NCBI GenBank assembly: GCA_022565365.1 | Contig: JAIUMW010000001.1 | Span: forward strand, 1-54,956 | Origin: Oceanicaulis sp. | Lineage (GTDB): Bacteria; Pseudomonadota; Alphaproteobacteria; Caulobacterales; Maricaulaceae | Length of the DNA: 54,956 bases | Reading direction: 5' to 3' | Shown: piece after piece, positions 1 through 9,601 of the stretch | How the letters are laid out: the number at the start of each line of letters is the position of its first letter | Numbering within the stretch: position 1 is the first letter of the stretch | Notes under the pieces: generated by a model | What the model was told of the DNA's origin: nothing | The model's input: only the letters and a program-made list of their open reading frames with translations | The model's database searches: none | Position numbers and translations under genes: made by a program

Positions 1-1013
1 GCGCGCGGCTTGAGCGAGATCACCACAATGGCCCGGCCTGGCACTTTATGCGGTTTCACATTGATCCGCCGCCAGCGTGCGAAGCCTGGCGCATTGATGG
101 CGCCTTCAGGCCGGTCCACAGGAGACGGCTCGGGGAAGAAGGCGGTCAGGTGCGCCGCCTCCTCGGCCGGAACGGCAAGATCACGGCCGCGTATCTGGCG
201 GTACATGGCCTCCACCTCAGCTGTGAAGGCGTCCGGCCCCATGGTCTCGACCAGGATCTTGATGCGCGCCTTGTAGATATTGTCGCGCTGAGCGGCGAGA
301 TTATAGACGCGCATGATCGCGGTCAGATAAGCCAGCAATTCATTCTTCGGCAGGAATCCGCGCAGCTTCACCGCCACGCGCGGCGTGCGCCCCTGCCCGC
401 CGCCGGCATGCACCTCGAACCCGGTCTCGCCGGCCTCGCCGCGCACCAGCTTCAGGCCGATATCATGCACGCCGATGGCCGCCCGGTCGGCTTCAGAGCC
501 GGTCACCGCGATCTTGAACTTGCGCGGCAGGAAGGTGAATTCGGGATGGAAGGTGGACCATTGCCGGATCAGCTCGCACCAGGGCCTTGGATCTTCCACC
601 TCGTCCAGCGCCGCGCCCGCAAAGGGGTCGGTCGTGGTGTTGCGGATGCAATTGCCTGATGTCTGGATGGCGTGCATCTCCACATCGGCCAGCTGGTCGA
701 GGATTTCAGGAATATCGACCAGGGCGGGCCAGTTGAACTGGATGTTCTGGCGCGTGGTGAAATGGCCATAGCCCTTGTCATAGGTGCGGGCGATATGGGC
801 CAGAACCCGCATCTGGTCAGCGTTGAGCGTGCCATAGGGAATGGCGACGCGCAGCATGTAGGCGTGAAGCTGGAGATAGACCCCGTTCATCAGCCGCAAT
901 GGCTTGAACTGGTCCTCTGACAGCGCGCCGGACAGGCGCGCCGCTACCTGCTCGCGGAACTCCTCCACGCGCTCTGAAACCATCGTCCGGTCGATCTCGT
1001 CATAGCGATACAT
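1..1013 (-). CDS. cysI: Sulfite/nitrite reductase hemoprotein subunit, 3' end outside the window
   Basis: Not in the ORF track. Hand translation from ATG at 1013: MYRYDEIDR...LRLMNGVYLQLHAYMLRVAIPYG...GHFTTRQNIQFNW...TSGNCIRN...LPRKFKIA; downstream of cysG. Confidence 0.93.
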   Translation of the reverse strand, partial: MYRYDEIDRTMVSERVEEFREQVAARLSGALSEDQFKPLRLMNGVYLQLHAYMLRVAIPYGTLNADQMRVLAHIARTYDKGYGHFTTRQNIQFNWPALVDIPEILDQLADVEMHAIQTSGNCIRNTTTDPFAGAALDEVEDPRPWCELIRQWSTFHPEFTFLPRKFKIAVTGSEADRAAIGVHDIGLKLVRGEAGETGFEVHAGGGQGRTPRVAVKLRGFLPKNELLAYLTAIMRVYNLAAQRDNIYKARIKILVETMGPDAFTAEVEAMYRQIRGRDLAVPAEEAAHLTAFFPEPSPVDRPEGAINAPGFARWRRINVKPHKVPGRAIVVISLKPR

Positions 1014-1017
1014 CGGC

Positions 1018-1299
1018 CTAGCGCTCCCCGGCGTTCAGAAGGCTGGTGCCGGTGGTGGGGCCTTTGAGCCGTATCGTCTCACGCACGTGTTTGCGCCCGC
1101 CCGGCCCGTCGCCGTCCAGTTCGATCAGATAGGGTCCGACAACGGTGAGAATGTCGCGCAGGGCGGCGTTCAGCGCCGCGTCCGCCGCAGCTTCAGCGTC
1201 AATGCGTTCAGCCTCGTGCAGGGACGGGGTCCAGACCCCGTCCGCCCGGCGATAGACCACATGGCCGTCAGTCAGGCGATTGGCGGTGACCGCTCTCAT
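1018..1299 (-). CDS. DUF2849-like small protein of cys operons
   Basis: 93 aa, VTANRLTDGHVVY...VVGPYLI...RETIRLKGPT; sits between cysG and cysI. Confidence 0.85.
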   Translation of the reverse strand: MRAVTANRLTDGHVVYRRADGVWTPSLHEAERIDAEAAADAALNAALRDILTVVGPYLIELDGDGPGGRKHVRETIRLKGPTTGTSLLNAGER

Positions 1300-2714
1300 G
1301 CCGCATCCTCCAGCAGGGCTTGCCGGGCCAGGCCGGCCGCCATGTCCGGCGCGCGCGCCACCACCTCGCCAATGACGATGACAGCCGGGCCCGTGATGGC
1401 GTGGGCCGTGATCAGGGCCGGCAGGTCGGCCAGCGTGCCGGACACCGCGCGCTCTTCAGGCAGGGAGCCGTTCTCGATAATGGCCACGGGGGTGCCGGCG
1501 CCGCGCCCGGCGGCGATCAGTTTCGCGCTAAGCTCCGGCGCTGTGGCCACGCCCATATAGATGACAAGGGTATGGCGGGCGCTCGCCAGGCTCTGGTAGT
1601 CCAGCTCCGCTCCATCCTTTTTCGGCTGACCGGTCACGAACGTCACCGCCTGGGCCGCGTCGCGATGGGTGAGCGGGATTTGCGCCGAGGCCGCGCAGGC
1701 CAGCGCCGCGGAGATGCCCGGAACCACCTCGACCGCTATACCGGCGGCGCGCACCGCTTCGGCTTCCTCGCCGCCGCGCCCGAAGATGAAGCTGTCCCCG
1801 CCTTTCAACCGCACGACCCGCAAACCCTTGCGCGCCTCCTTAATGAGGATGGCGGCGATCTGCTCCTGCGGCACGGAATGCTGGCCGCGCCGCTTGCCCA
1901 CATCAATGCGGCGCGCATCACGGCGCGCACGCTGCAATATGGCTTCAGGCACCAGCCGGTCATGCACGACCACATCGGCGTCGCGCAGCACGCGCACGGC
2001 CTTCAGCGTCAACAATTCCGGATCGCCCGGCCCCGCGCCGACAAGGAATACCTGGCCCGGCGCCGGCGTGCCATCGCGGAACCCGGTGAGGGCGCGGCTG
2101 AGCGCGAGGGCTGTGCCCAGGGCGTCGCCCGCATCGGCTCTGACGGCCGCCTCGCCGCGCAGGGCGGTCTCCCAGAAGCGGCGGCGGGCGTCCAGCGTGG
2201 GCAGGGCCTCGCGCACCTGATCGCGCAAACGGTTGGCGGTGCTCGCCAGAAGTCCCACGCCGGGAGCGATCACCCCTTCCAGGGCGCAGCGGATGTCGCG
2301 CACCAGCACCGGCGCGGCCCCGCCGGTGGACAGGGCGATCGTCACCGCCCCCCGGTCCACCAGCGCGGGCGTGTAGAAATCGCACAGGGCAAGATTATCG
2401 ACCACATTCACCAGCGCGCCGGCCCGGCGCGCCCGGGCGGCCAGATGCGCGGCGCGCGCCTCGTCGTCCAGCGCAATGAAAACGAATTTGGCGCGATAGA
2501 ACGCGCCCGGCGGCACGAACCGGCCCGGCAGGATGCGGGCGCCGGTTTCCTCATCAAACTCAGGCGCCGGCGCAACCGGTTTCATTGCCGGGCGCCAGAC
2601 CAGCTCGCACGGCGCGCCGGCGAACAGGCGCAGCTTGGCGCGGGCCGCTTCGCCGTCACCGACGACGATGACGCGCGCCCCTTTGAGCGGAATGGCAGGC
2701 AGAAACTGGTCCAT
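1296..2714 (-). CDS. cysG: Siroheme synthase (precorrin-2 dehydrogenase/ferrochelatase plus uroporphyrinogen-III methyltransferase)
   Basis: VNVVDN..CDFYTPA, LVGAGPGDPELLTLKA, RLKGGDSFIFGRGGEE motifs. Confidence 0.95.
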   Translation of the reverse strand: MDQFLPAIPLKGARVIVVGDGEAARAKLRLFAGAPCELVWRPAMKPVAPAPEFDEETGARILPGRFVPPGAFYRAKFVFIALDDEARAAHLAARARRAGALVNVVDNLALCDFYTPALVDRGAVTIALSTGGAAPVLVRDIRCALEGVIAPGVGLLASTANRLRDQVREALPTLDARRRFWETALRGEAAVRADAGDALGTALALSRALTGFRDGTPAPGQVFLVGAGPGDPELLTLKAVRVLRDADVVVHDRLVPEAILQRARRDARRIDVGKRRGQHSVPQEQIAAILIKEARKGLRVVRLKGGDSFIFGRGGEEAEAVRAAGIAVEVVPGISAALACAASAQIPLTHRDAAQAVTFVTGQPKKDGAELDYQSLASARHTLVIYMGVATAPELSAKLIAAGRGAGTPVAIIENGSLPEERAVSGTLADLPALITAHAITGPAVIVIGEVVARAPDMAAGLARQALLEDAA

Positions 2715-2837
2715 GTGGCGGGTCCTTCACGTCTGGACCTCCAGGCTAAGGGGCCATCGGCGGCATCCGCTAACGAGTTCTCCTGCCCCATCCGATAGAT
2801 TTTCTTCATTGAAGTGCGACTGCCGCGATGGCCGGAC

Positions 2838-3056
2838 GGGCCTGTCAGGTTAAACCGGCTTGAGCCGGGCCGGGCGGGATCGCACCCCTCCCGGGTGAGA
2901 AATACCTTCCACTGCTCCAGGACATCGCCGGAGGTGATCCGCCTGGCGGTGATGCTATATGTGGGACGCGGCGCTGGCCGAATGGTGTCAATTCGCCGCC
3001 TGAGCAAGGCCGGCTCCGCCCATGTCGAGACCCGGTCACCTTCGTCTGACAGGACC
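2838..3056 (+). mobile_element. Internally deleted IS6-family element (MITE-like, 219 bp)
   Basis: Imperfect terminal IRs GGGCCTGTCAGGTTAA / TTCGTCTGACAGGACC; inside are an IS6 transposase-like N-terminus (RTSPEVIRLAVMLYV) directly followed by a C-terminus-like DAALAEWCQFAA*. Confidence 0.8.
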
Positions 3057-3064
3057 TGTGAGAA

Positions 3065-4300
3065 ATGACCTGCCGCATTGGCATTATCGGGGCGGGGCCT
3101 GCAGGCCTGATGGCGGCGGAGCGCCTGGCTGGCGCGGGGTTCGCCGTCGATGTCTATGAGCGCATGCCCAGCTTGGCGCGAAAACTTCTGATGGCGGGCA
3201 GGGGGGGGCTGAACCTCACCCACTCTGAACCCCTGGACGCGTTTCTGGACCGCTATGGCGCGGCCCGTGACTGGCTGGAACCGGCCATTCGCGCCTTCGC
3301 GCCGTCTGACCTGCTCGCGTGGTGCGAAGGCTGGGGGCAGGCGGTGTTCACTGGCTCCAGCGGGCGGGTGTTTCCCAAATCCATGAAAGCCTCGCCGCTT
3401 TTGCGGGCTTGGCTGGCAAGGCTGGACGGGCTGGGCGTCACAATCCATGTCCGCCACAGTTTCTGCGGCTTTGATGATGCGGGCCGCATCCTGATCGCCA
3501 GGCCGGATGGTGTGGAACGGCCAATGGAGGCCGATGCGGTGATCCTGGCGTTGGGCGGGGCGAGCTGGCCGCGTCTGGGATCAAGGGGCGAATGGACCGG
3601 CTGGCTGGCGGCATGCGGCGTCGAAGTCACACCCTTCACACCGGCCAATGCCGGCTTCGATACAGGCTGGTCGGCCGTGTTCCAGGAGCGCTTTGCCGGC
3701 GAGCCCCTCAAAGCGGCACGCTTCAGCCATGGCGACCGGACGATACGCGGCGAAGCCATGATCACGGCCTACGGCCTGGAGGGTGGGGCGATTTATGCGC
3801 TGGGTGCGGGCTTGCGCAGCGCGATTGAGCGTGACGGCCAGGCAGTGCTGAGGCTCGATCTCGCGCCTGACATGTCCGAGGCCGCCCTGGCGAAACGGCT
3901 TCTAGCGGCCAAAGCTGGCCAGTCCCTCTCCAACACGCTGCGCAAGCAGGCCCGGCTCTCGCCGCTCTCGGCCGCGCTGCTGCGCGAGGCGGGTGGCGTG
4001 CCGCGCGCGCCGCAAAAACTGGCCGCGCGCATCAAGGCCCTGCCCATTACGCTCAGCGCCATGCAGGGCCTCGACCGGGCGATATCGAGCGCAGGCGGTA
4101 TCGCGCGGGCGTCCGTTGATGACCGCTTCATGCTGAAGGCGCTGCCCGGCGTGTTCGTGGCCGGAGAAATGCTCGACTGGGAAGCCCCGACGGGCGGTTA
4201 TCTCCTGCAGGCGAGCTTCGCCAGCGGCGCCGCAGCGGCGAGGGCGGCGGCGGACTGGCTCCGCGATAGAAACACCGCGCATGCGAAGCTCGCTCCGTGA
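3065..4300 (+). CDS. HI0933/BaiN-like NAD(P)/FAD-dependent flavoprotein (TIGR03862-like)
   Basis: IIGAGPAGLMAA, RKLLMAGRGGLNLTH, LALGGASWP, GEMLDWEAPTGGYLLQ. Confidence 0.9.
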   Translation: MTCRIGIIGAGPAGLMAAERLAGAGFAVDVYERMPSLARKLLMAGRGGLNLTHSEPLDAFLDRYGAARDWLEPAIRAFAPSDLLAWCEGWGQAVFTGSSGRVFPKSMKASPLLRAWLARLDGLGVTIHVRHSFCGFDDAGRILIARPDGVERPMEADAVILALGGASWPRLGSRGEWTGWLAACGVEVTPFTPANAGFDTGWSAVFQERFAGEPLKAARFSHGDRTIRGEAMITAYGLEGGAIYALGAGLRSAIERDGQAVLRLDLAPDMSEAALAKRLLAAKAGQSLSNTLRKQARLSPLSAALLREAGGVPRAPQKLAARIKALPITLSAMQGLDRAISSAGGIARASVDDRFMLKALPGVFVAGEMLDWEAPTGGYLLQASFASGAAAARAAADWLRDRNTAHAKLAP

Positions 4301-4383
4301 TCAACGACTGGAGGAGCGGCGGCGGCATCCGGCGGCCGCACACCGCGCTCGAGAGCCTTGCGCCCTGCGTTCGCGCCCGGTGA
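4285..4383 (+). pseudogene. Possible IS3-family transposase C-terminal remnant
   Basis: Alternative frame reads EARSVINDWRSGGGIRRPHTALESLAP, resembling the end of the IS3 integrase core (EAR..I..WR..YN..RPHS.L..LTP). Confidence 0.45.
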
Positions 4384-4472
4384 ACCCGCCACCCCGGCCC
4401 CGGCTCACTTGATCCACCCGCACGCCCCGGTCACCGGGCACCGGCCGACCACACCAACCTGCAAAAGATGGT

Positions 4473-4558
4473 AATGCGGCGCTGGCCAAATGGCGTCAGC
4501 ATACCGCCTGATCAAGGCCGGACCCGTTCAAGCCCGGCCCCGTTCGCCTGACAGCACC
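4473..4558 (+). mobile_element. IS6-family right-end remnant
   Basis: NAALAKWRQHTA* then CGTTCGCCTGACAGCACC; homologous to the 3' half of the 2838-3056 element; the 18 bp end is identical to 24788-24805. Confidence 0.75.
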
Positions 4559-4606
4559 CCCTGACGCGTGGGAACGCAAATGGTTGTCGATACACGCGAC
4601 TCTGAC

Positions 4607-4672
4607 GTGAGCACCAAGGCGATTTTCATCACCGCCGCCTCAAGCGGGATAGGGGCAGCCACAGCGCGGCTG
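4607..4672 (+). pseudogene. SDR N-terminal fragment
   Basis: VSTKAIFITAASSGIGAATARL, a decayed TGxxxGIG Rossmann motif with no continuation. Confidence 0.55.
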
Positions 4673-4703
4673 ACGCAGGGCCAGGCGCGCCGGGGCGGCA
4701 GGC

Positions 4704-6026
4704 TCAATCCACCCAGTCACGTTCCAGCGTGCGCAGGGCCAGGAGGAACAGCAGCCCGGCCACCAGATACAGGCATGCGCCGGTCATGATCGCATAGCGA
4801 AGCGACTGCTCGCCAAACAGCGGCGCATAGAGGGTTGAGAGCTCTCCCAGCACGTACACCCCGACCCCGATGCCCAGGAGATTATTGAGCAGCAGGAAGA
4901 CCGCCGATGCGACCGACCGCATCGAAGGCGGCACCAATTGCTGGAAAACCGACAGGGTGGGCCCCGCCCAGGCCAGGCCCAGCCCGGTAGGGATGAGGAA
5001 CAGGAAGAAGGCGGCGATGGGCGAGGGCGCCATGACGCCAAGCACATAGAAGGGCATGGCCAGGAAGAAGGCGATGGCGGGCATGCGCACATAAGCCTTT
5101 TTGCTGGCCCGCCCCAGCCGGTCGCCCAGAATGCCGCCAAGGAAAATGCCAAGCCCGCCGCCGATCAGCACGATGGTGCCGAAAATCCAGCCGGTGTCGA
5201 CGATGCCAAGCCCGTAAGTGCGCGCAAAGAAGCTGGGCATCCAGAAGAAGACGCCATATCCCATCATGGACGAGCAGGACGCGCCCAGAGCCAGCAGCCA
5301 GAAGGTCGGCTTGCGCGCCAGAAGCGCGATCGTTGCGCCAAAGCTGGGCCGAACCGCGTCAGGCGCCGTGTTTGCGGTATCGGCTGTGGAGGGCGCGGCA
5401 GGCGCGGCTTTGTCGAGACCGCCGCGCTTGGGTTCGCGCACCGTCAGGCGGAAGAGCGGCGCCAGCGCAATGCCCGCTATACCCACGATGATGAAGGCGG
5501 TGCGCCAGTCATAGTCAGCGCCCAGCGCTCCACCGGCGATCAGGGCGCCGGCATAGACGCCAAACGCGCTGCCCACAGGAATGCCGAGCGAGTAGATTCC
5601 CAACGCGCCTGCGCGGCTGCCCGGCGGGAAATAGTCTGCAATCAGGGAGTAGGACGGCGCCACACCCCCCGCTTCGCCCACGCCCACCCCGACACGCGCC
5701 GCGAACAGCTGCCAGAAATTCTGGGCCATGCCGCACACGGCTGTGAACCCGCTCCAGGCCACCAGCGATACGGTGATGATCCATGTGCGGCTGGTACGGT
5801 CGGCCAACCAGGCGATTGGAACGCCCAGCGTGGAGTACAGCGCGGCGAAAGCGATGCCGCCAAGCAGGCCCAGCTGCCGATCAGACAGATCAAGCTCGGC
5901 CTGAATCGGAATTGCGAGAATGGCGATGATCTGACGGTCAAGAAAATTGAACGCGTAGACCAGGAACAACATGGCCAGAACCCACGCGCGATAGCGCGGG
6001 TTCGCGGCCTTTACCGATGTGCTCAT
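4704..6026 (-). CDS. MFS transporter (spinster-like)
   Basis: NFLDRQII, LADRTSR, ARVGVGVGEAG; ~12 hydrophobic segments; ATG 6026 overlaps upstream stop (ATGA). Confidence 0.92.
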   Translation of the reverse strand: MSTSVKAANPRYRAWVLAMLFLVYAFNFLDRQIIAILAIPIQAELDLSDRQLGLLGGIAFAALYSTLGVPIAWLADRTSRTWIITVSLVAWSGFTAVCGMAQNFWQLFAARVGVGVGEAGGVAPSYSLIADYFPPGSRAGALGIYSLGIPVGSAFGVYAGALIAGGALGADYDWRTAFIIVGIAGIALAPLFRLTVREPKRGGLDKAAPAAPSTADTANTAPDAVRPSFGATIALLARKPTFWLLALGASCSSMMGYGVFFWMPSFFARTYGLGIVDTGWIFGTIVLIGGGLGIFLGGILGDRLGRASKKAYVRMPAIAFFLAMPFYVLGVMAPSPIAAFFLFLIPTGLGLAWAGPTLSVFQQLVPPSMRSVASAVFLLLNNLLGIGVGVYVLGELSTLYAPLFGEQSLRYAIMTGACLYLVAGLLFLLALRTLERDWVD

Positions 6027-7237
6027 GTGCGCTCCACGATCATGGCCGATCCTGTGCCCGATCCGCCATGGGCGACGGCCAGGCCCAGGGATCCGCCGCA
6101 CCGCTCCAGCTCGTGGACCAGCGTGGTCAGCAGGATGGCGCCGGTGGCCCCCATCGGGTGGCCCATGGCCAGATGTCCGCCATTGACATTGACCCGGTCC
6201 GGATCGGCGTCCCGGTCGCGGCGGAAGAGTGCGGGCACGGCGGCGAAAGCCTCCATGAACTCGATGCGGTCGAAATCGCGCAAGGACAGCCCGGTCTGCG
6301 CCAGCAGCGCGTCCATCGCGGCGAAGCCCGCTGTGAGCTGATCCACAGGGTCACCGGCTGCGTCCATCCGGGCGCGGATGCGCGCCCTGGGCTTCAATCC
6401 GGCGGCGTCGCCTGCAGACTTCGATCCGATCAGCGCCAGCGCCGCGCCATCGGCCATGGGCGGACAATGGGCAACGGAGTGAAGATGCTCGATGCGCTCA
6501 AGCCCGCGATTGGCCTCCAGCATCATGGCGTCATAGCCCGCTGCGCCAAGCTTTGCGAAAGCCGGGGGCAGAGCGTCCAGGGCCGTTTGGTCCATGCCAG
6601 GCCGGATGCATTCGTCACGGTCCAGCAAGACCGCTCCATCCGGCCCGCGCACGGGGATCACCGCCTCTGTATTACGGCCTTCGGCCCAGGCGCTTGCGGC
6701 GCGCTGATGCGAGGCGATCACTTCACGGTCCAGCATGCTGCGGTCGAGGCCGGTTTTCGTGGCCATCAGGTCAGCCGACAGCGCGACAGGCGCATAGCGC
6801 AGCACCCGCGCCAGATCCGGGTCCGTGTAATAGCTCGCCTTGTCGCCCATGAAGGGCACCTGGCTGAGCATCTCCACCCCGCCCGCCAGCATCAGCCGGC
6901 TCTCGCCGGCGCTGGCCAGCGCGGCGGCCTGTCCCGCGGCCGTGAGCCCGGCGACGCAGAAATTATTGAGCGTCCACGCCGTCATGTCATGGGGCAGACC
7001 CGCATGAAGACGGCTGACCAGGGCCAGATTGCCGCCCTGGGCGCCAATCTGGCCAACGCAGCCCAGAAGCAGCGCACTGGCTGAGTCAACAGCGTCCGCC
7101 CCGGCGCGATCCTTGAGGGCCGCAACAAGCTGGGCGACCAGCTCATGCGCGCCCAGCTTCGCCAGTGCTCCATCCTCCCGGCCCTTGCCGCGGGGGGTGC
7201 GGACTGCGTCGTAGATATAGGCATCTGTGAGTTTCAT
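6023..7237 (-). CDS. Thiolase-fold acyltransferase with non-canonical catalytic motifs
   Basis: AVRTPRGK, NNFCVAG, GGHLAMGHPMGATG; NEAF reads MEAF and CxGGG reads HGGSG. Confidence 0.85.
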   Translation of the reverse strand: MKLTDAYIYDAVRTPRGKGREDGALAKLGAHELVAQLVAALKDRAGADAVDSASALLLGCVGQIGAQGGNLALVSRLHAGLPHDMTAWTLNNFCVAGLTAAGQAAALASAGESRLMLAGGVEMLSQVPFMGDKASYYTDPDLARVLRYAPVALSADLMATKTGLDRSMLDREVIASHQRAASAWAEGRNTEAVIPVRGPDGAVLLDRDECIRPGMDQTALDALPPAFAKLGAAGYDAMMLEANRGLERIEHLHSVAHCPPMADGAALALIGSKSAGDAAGLKPRARIRARMDAAGDPVDQLTAGFAAMDALLAQTGLSLRDFDRIEFMEAFAAVPALFRRDRDADPDRVNVNGGHLAMGHPMGATGAILLTTLVHELERCGGSLGLAVAHGGSGTGSAMIVERT

Positions 7238-8469
7238 GCGCCGATCACCAATGAGACGTTCGCGGTGGCCGAGCCACCGACATTGTAGGTGGCCACGTTG
7301 CGCGCGCCCTCGACCTGGCAGTCTCCGGCGCGGCCCTGCACCTGGCGTGCGGCGTCCAGCGCCATGCGCACGCCGGTGGCGCCCACCGGATGGCCAAGCC
7401 CGATCAGCCCGCCGGACGGATTGACGGGTGAGCGTCCGCCGAGCGCGATGCGCCCGTCCTCCACCGCCTCGCCCGCGCGGCCGGGCGGCGTGATGCCGAA
7501 ATGCTCAATGGCGGCCAGCTCTGTGATGGAGAAGCAGTCATGGGTCTCGAACGCGTCGATTTGATCGGGGCCTGACACCCCGGCGCGCGCATAGGCGTCG
7601 GTCATGGCCTTGCGCATCCAGGGGAACATCCAGCCATCATTGCGCCCGCGCGAGGCGGCCAGCTTGGCCTCCAGCAGCAGCGGCGCGGTGGTGTGGCCCC
7701 AGCCCTTGATCCGCGGGATGTCCTCCAGGCGCTGACCCGTCCGTGCAGCATGGGCGCGCGCGGCGTCGGCCCCGGCCAGCACGATCATCGCCGCGCCGTC
7801 GGTGACCTGGCCGCAATCGGATTTGCGCATGCACCCTTCAATGACCGGATTGGCTTCGTCATCTTCGGAGAAGCTGGCGTCAGTGAAGGTCCAGCCCCGG
7901 CTCTGGGCGCGGGGATTGCGTTTGGCGTTGGCGAAATTGATACGGCTGATTTCAGCCAGATGGGCGCGCTCCAGCCCGAAGCGGGAATCGTATTCCTCGG
8001 CGATATCGGAAAACATGGCCGGCCACACATAGGTTGCGCCAAGCGCCTCGCGCCCCGCCCAGGCGGCGGCGCCCAGATGTTCGGCGGCTCTTTGGCCGGG
8101 CACATTGCGCATCATCTCCACGCCCAGCACTGCGGCCACGCCATAGCGTCCCGATTCGATGTCGGCCATGGCCGCCAGGATCGCCATGGAGCCTGATGCG
8201 CACGCCGCCTCGTGGCGCATGGTCGGCAGGCCTTCGAGTTCGGGGTGGATATGGCCCATGAACCCGCCCAGCAGGCCCTGGCCACAGAACAGCTCACCAG
8301 CGAAATTGCCGATATGGATCGTTTCGACCTGTGAGGAATCGAGACGTGAATCGTCCAGACCGGCGAGAAACGCCTCGCCCATCAGGGCCTTGAGATCATG
8401 CCCCTCGCGGGTCCAGTTGCGGGCGAAATCGGTCTGCGCCCCGCCCAGAATGAACACGTCAGCGCCCAT
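7234..8469 (-). CDS. SCP2-type thiolase family protein
   Basis: EAACASG, HDCF, NPSGGLIGLGHPVGATG, NVGG. Confidence 0.9.
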   Translation of the reverse strand: MGADVFILGGAQTDFARNWTREGHDLKALMGEAFLAGLDDSRLDSSQVETIHIGNFAGELFCGQGLLGGFMGHIHPELEGLPTMRHEAACASGSMAILAAMADIESGRYGVAAVLGVEMMRNVPGQRAAEHLGAAAWAGREALGATYVWPAMFSDIAEEYDSRFGLERAHLAEISRINFANAKRNPRAQSRGWTFTDASFSEDDEANPVIEGCMRKSDCGQVTDGAAMIVLAGADAARAHAARTGQRLEDIPRIKGWGHTTAPLLLEAKLAASRGRNDGWMFPWMRKAMTDAYARAGVSGPDQIDAFETHDCFSITELAAIEHFGITPPGRAGEAVEDGRIALGGRSPVNPSGGLIGLGHPVGATGVRMALDAARQVQGRAGDCQVEGARNVATYNVGGSATANVSLVIGA

Positions 8470-8514
8470 CGTCCGCTCCCTTCACCAGCTTGAAGCGCGA
8501 GGCTAGAGGCAATA

Positions 8515-8531
8515 GGTATGATTATGCAAGT
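8515..8531. promoter_or_regulatory. Putative operator, copy 1
   Basis: GGTATGATTATGCAAGT, upstream of the thiolase-thiolase-MFS operon. Confidence 0.7.
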
Positions 8532-8582
8532 GCTGATCTGCGGGGTCTTGTCAGCTGGCGGAGGATGGATCACACTGTGGTG

Positions 8583-8599
8583 AGTATGGTTATGAAAGT
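8583..8599. promoter_or_regulatory. Putative operator, copy 2
   Basis: AGTATGGTTATGAAAGT, 18 bp upstream of the NMO-dioxygenase operon. Confidence 0.7.
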
Positions 8600-8617
8600 T
8601 TCTATGGGAGCTGTTGC

Positions 8618-9589
8618 TTGACCTCGTCCGCCGTCACCGCCCTCAGGGCGCGCATGCGCCTTCCGGCGATCGTCGCGCCCATGTTCCTGGTATCCGGCCC
8701 GGAGCTGGTCCAGGCCGCGCGCCGGGCCGGACTTATGGCCAGCTTCCCGTTTCCCAATGCCCGCACGATTGATGTGCTGGAAGACTGGCTGGCCGGTCTG
8801 TGCGCCCGGACGCCGGATGCGCCCAGAGCGCCCTTCGCCGCCAATATGCTGACCCATTCGTCCTATGGCCGGTTCGACGCGGAGCTGGATCTTGTGCGGC
8901 GTTTCCAGCCGGAGATCGTGATCACCGCACTCGGTGGTCCGCGCCGCGTCGTTGATACGGTTCACAGCTATGGCGGCCTGGTGTTCGCCGACGTCAACTC
9001 GGTGTCTTTTGCGAAAAAGGCCGTGGATCAGGGCGCGGACGGCCTGGTCCTCGTGTCAGCAGGCGCGGGCGGTCACACGGGGCCCATGGCGGGCTTCGCC
9101 TTCGTGTCGGCCGTGCGCCAGTTCTTTGATGGCCCGATAGTGCTGGGCGGCGGGATTGGCGATGGCCGCGCGATCCGCGCAGCCGAAATTCTCGGCGCCG
9201 ACCTGGCCTATATGGGCACGCGCTTCATCGCCGCCAAGGAAAGCCGCGCCAGCGACGAGTATCGCAGCATGCTTGTCGCGGCAGAGTTTGAGGACCTGGT
9301 TCTGTCCAACAAGCTGACGGGCGCAGACGCGTATTATCTCAAGGCGAGCCTGGCGCGTATGGGCGTGGACGCTGACGGCAGGCGTAATGACGGCCCCGAT
9401 TTCGCCGACAGCGAAGGCCAGGTGAAGGCCTGGCGCGATGTCTGGTCGGCCGGTCATGGCGTAGGCGCAGTCACTCGGGTCCAGACCGCAGCCGAGATCA
9501 TTGGCACGCTTGCCGCCGAGTACGAAGCCGCCTGCGCGACACCTCGCCATATCGTGGAAGACACAGCACGCCTGGCCGGCGTGAACTGA
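8618..9589 (+). CDS. Nitronate monooxygenase / FabK-like FMN-dependent oxidoreductase
   Basis: IVAPMFLVS, GAGGHTG, GGGIGDG, YMGTRFIA, VWSAGHG; TTG start. Confidence 0.88.
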   Translation: MTSSAVTALRARMRLPAIVAPMFLVSGPELVQAARRAGLMASFPFPNARTIDVLEDWLAGLCARTPDAPRAPFAANMLTHSSYGRFDAELDLVRRFQPEIVITALGGPRRVVDTVHSYGGLVFADVNSVSFAKKAVDQGADGLVLVSAGAGGHTGPMAGFAFVSAVRQFFDGPIVLGGGIGDGRAIRAAEILGADLAYMGTRFIAAKESRASDEYRSMLVAAEFEDLVLSNKLTGADAYYLKASLARMGVDADGRRNDGPDFADSEGQVKAWRDVWSAGHGVGAVTRVQTAAEIIGTLAAEYEAACATPRHIVEDTARLAGVN

Positions 9590-9601
9590 AGGAGAGCCGC
9601 C

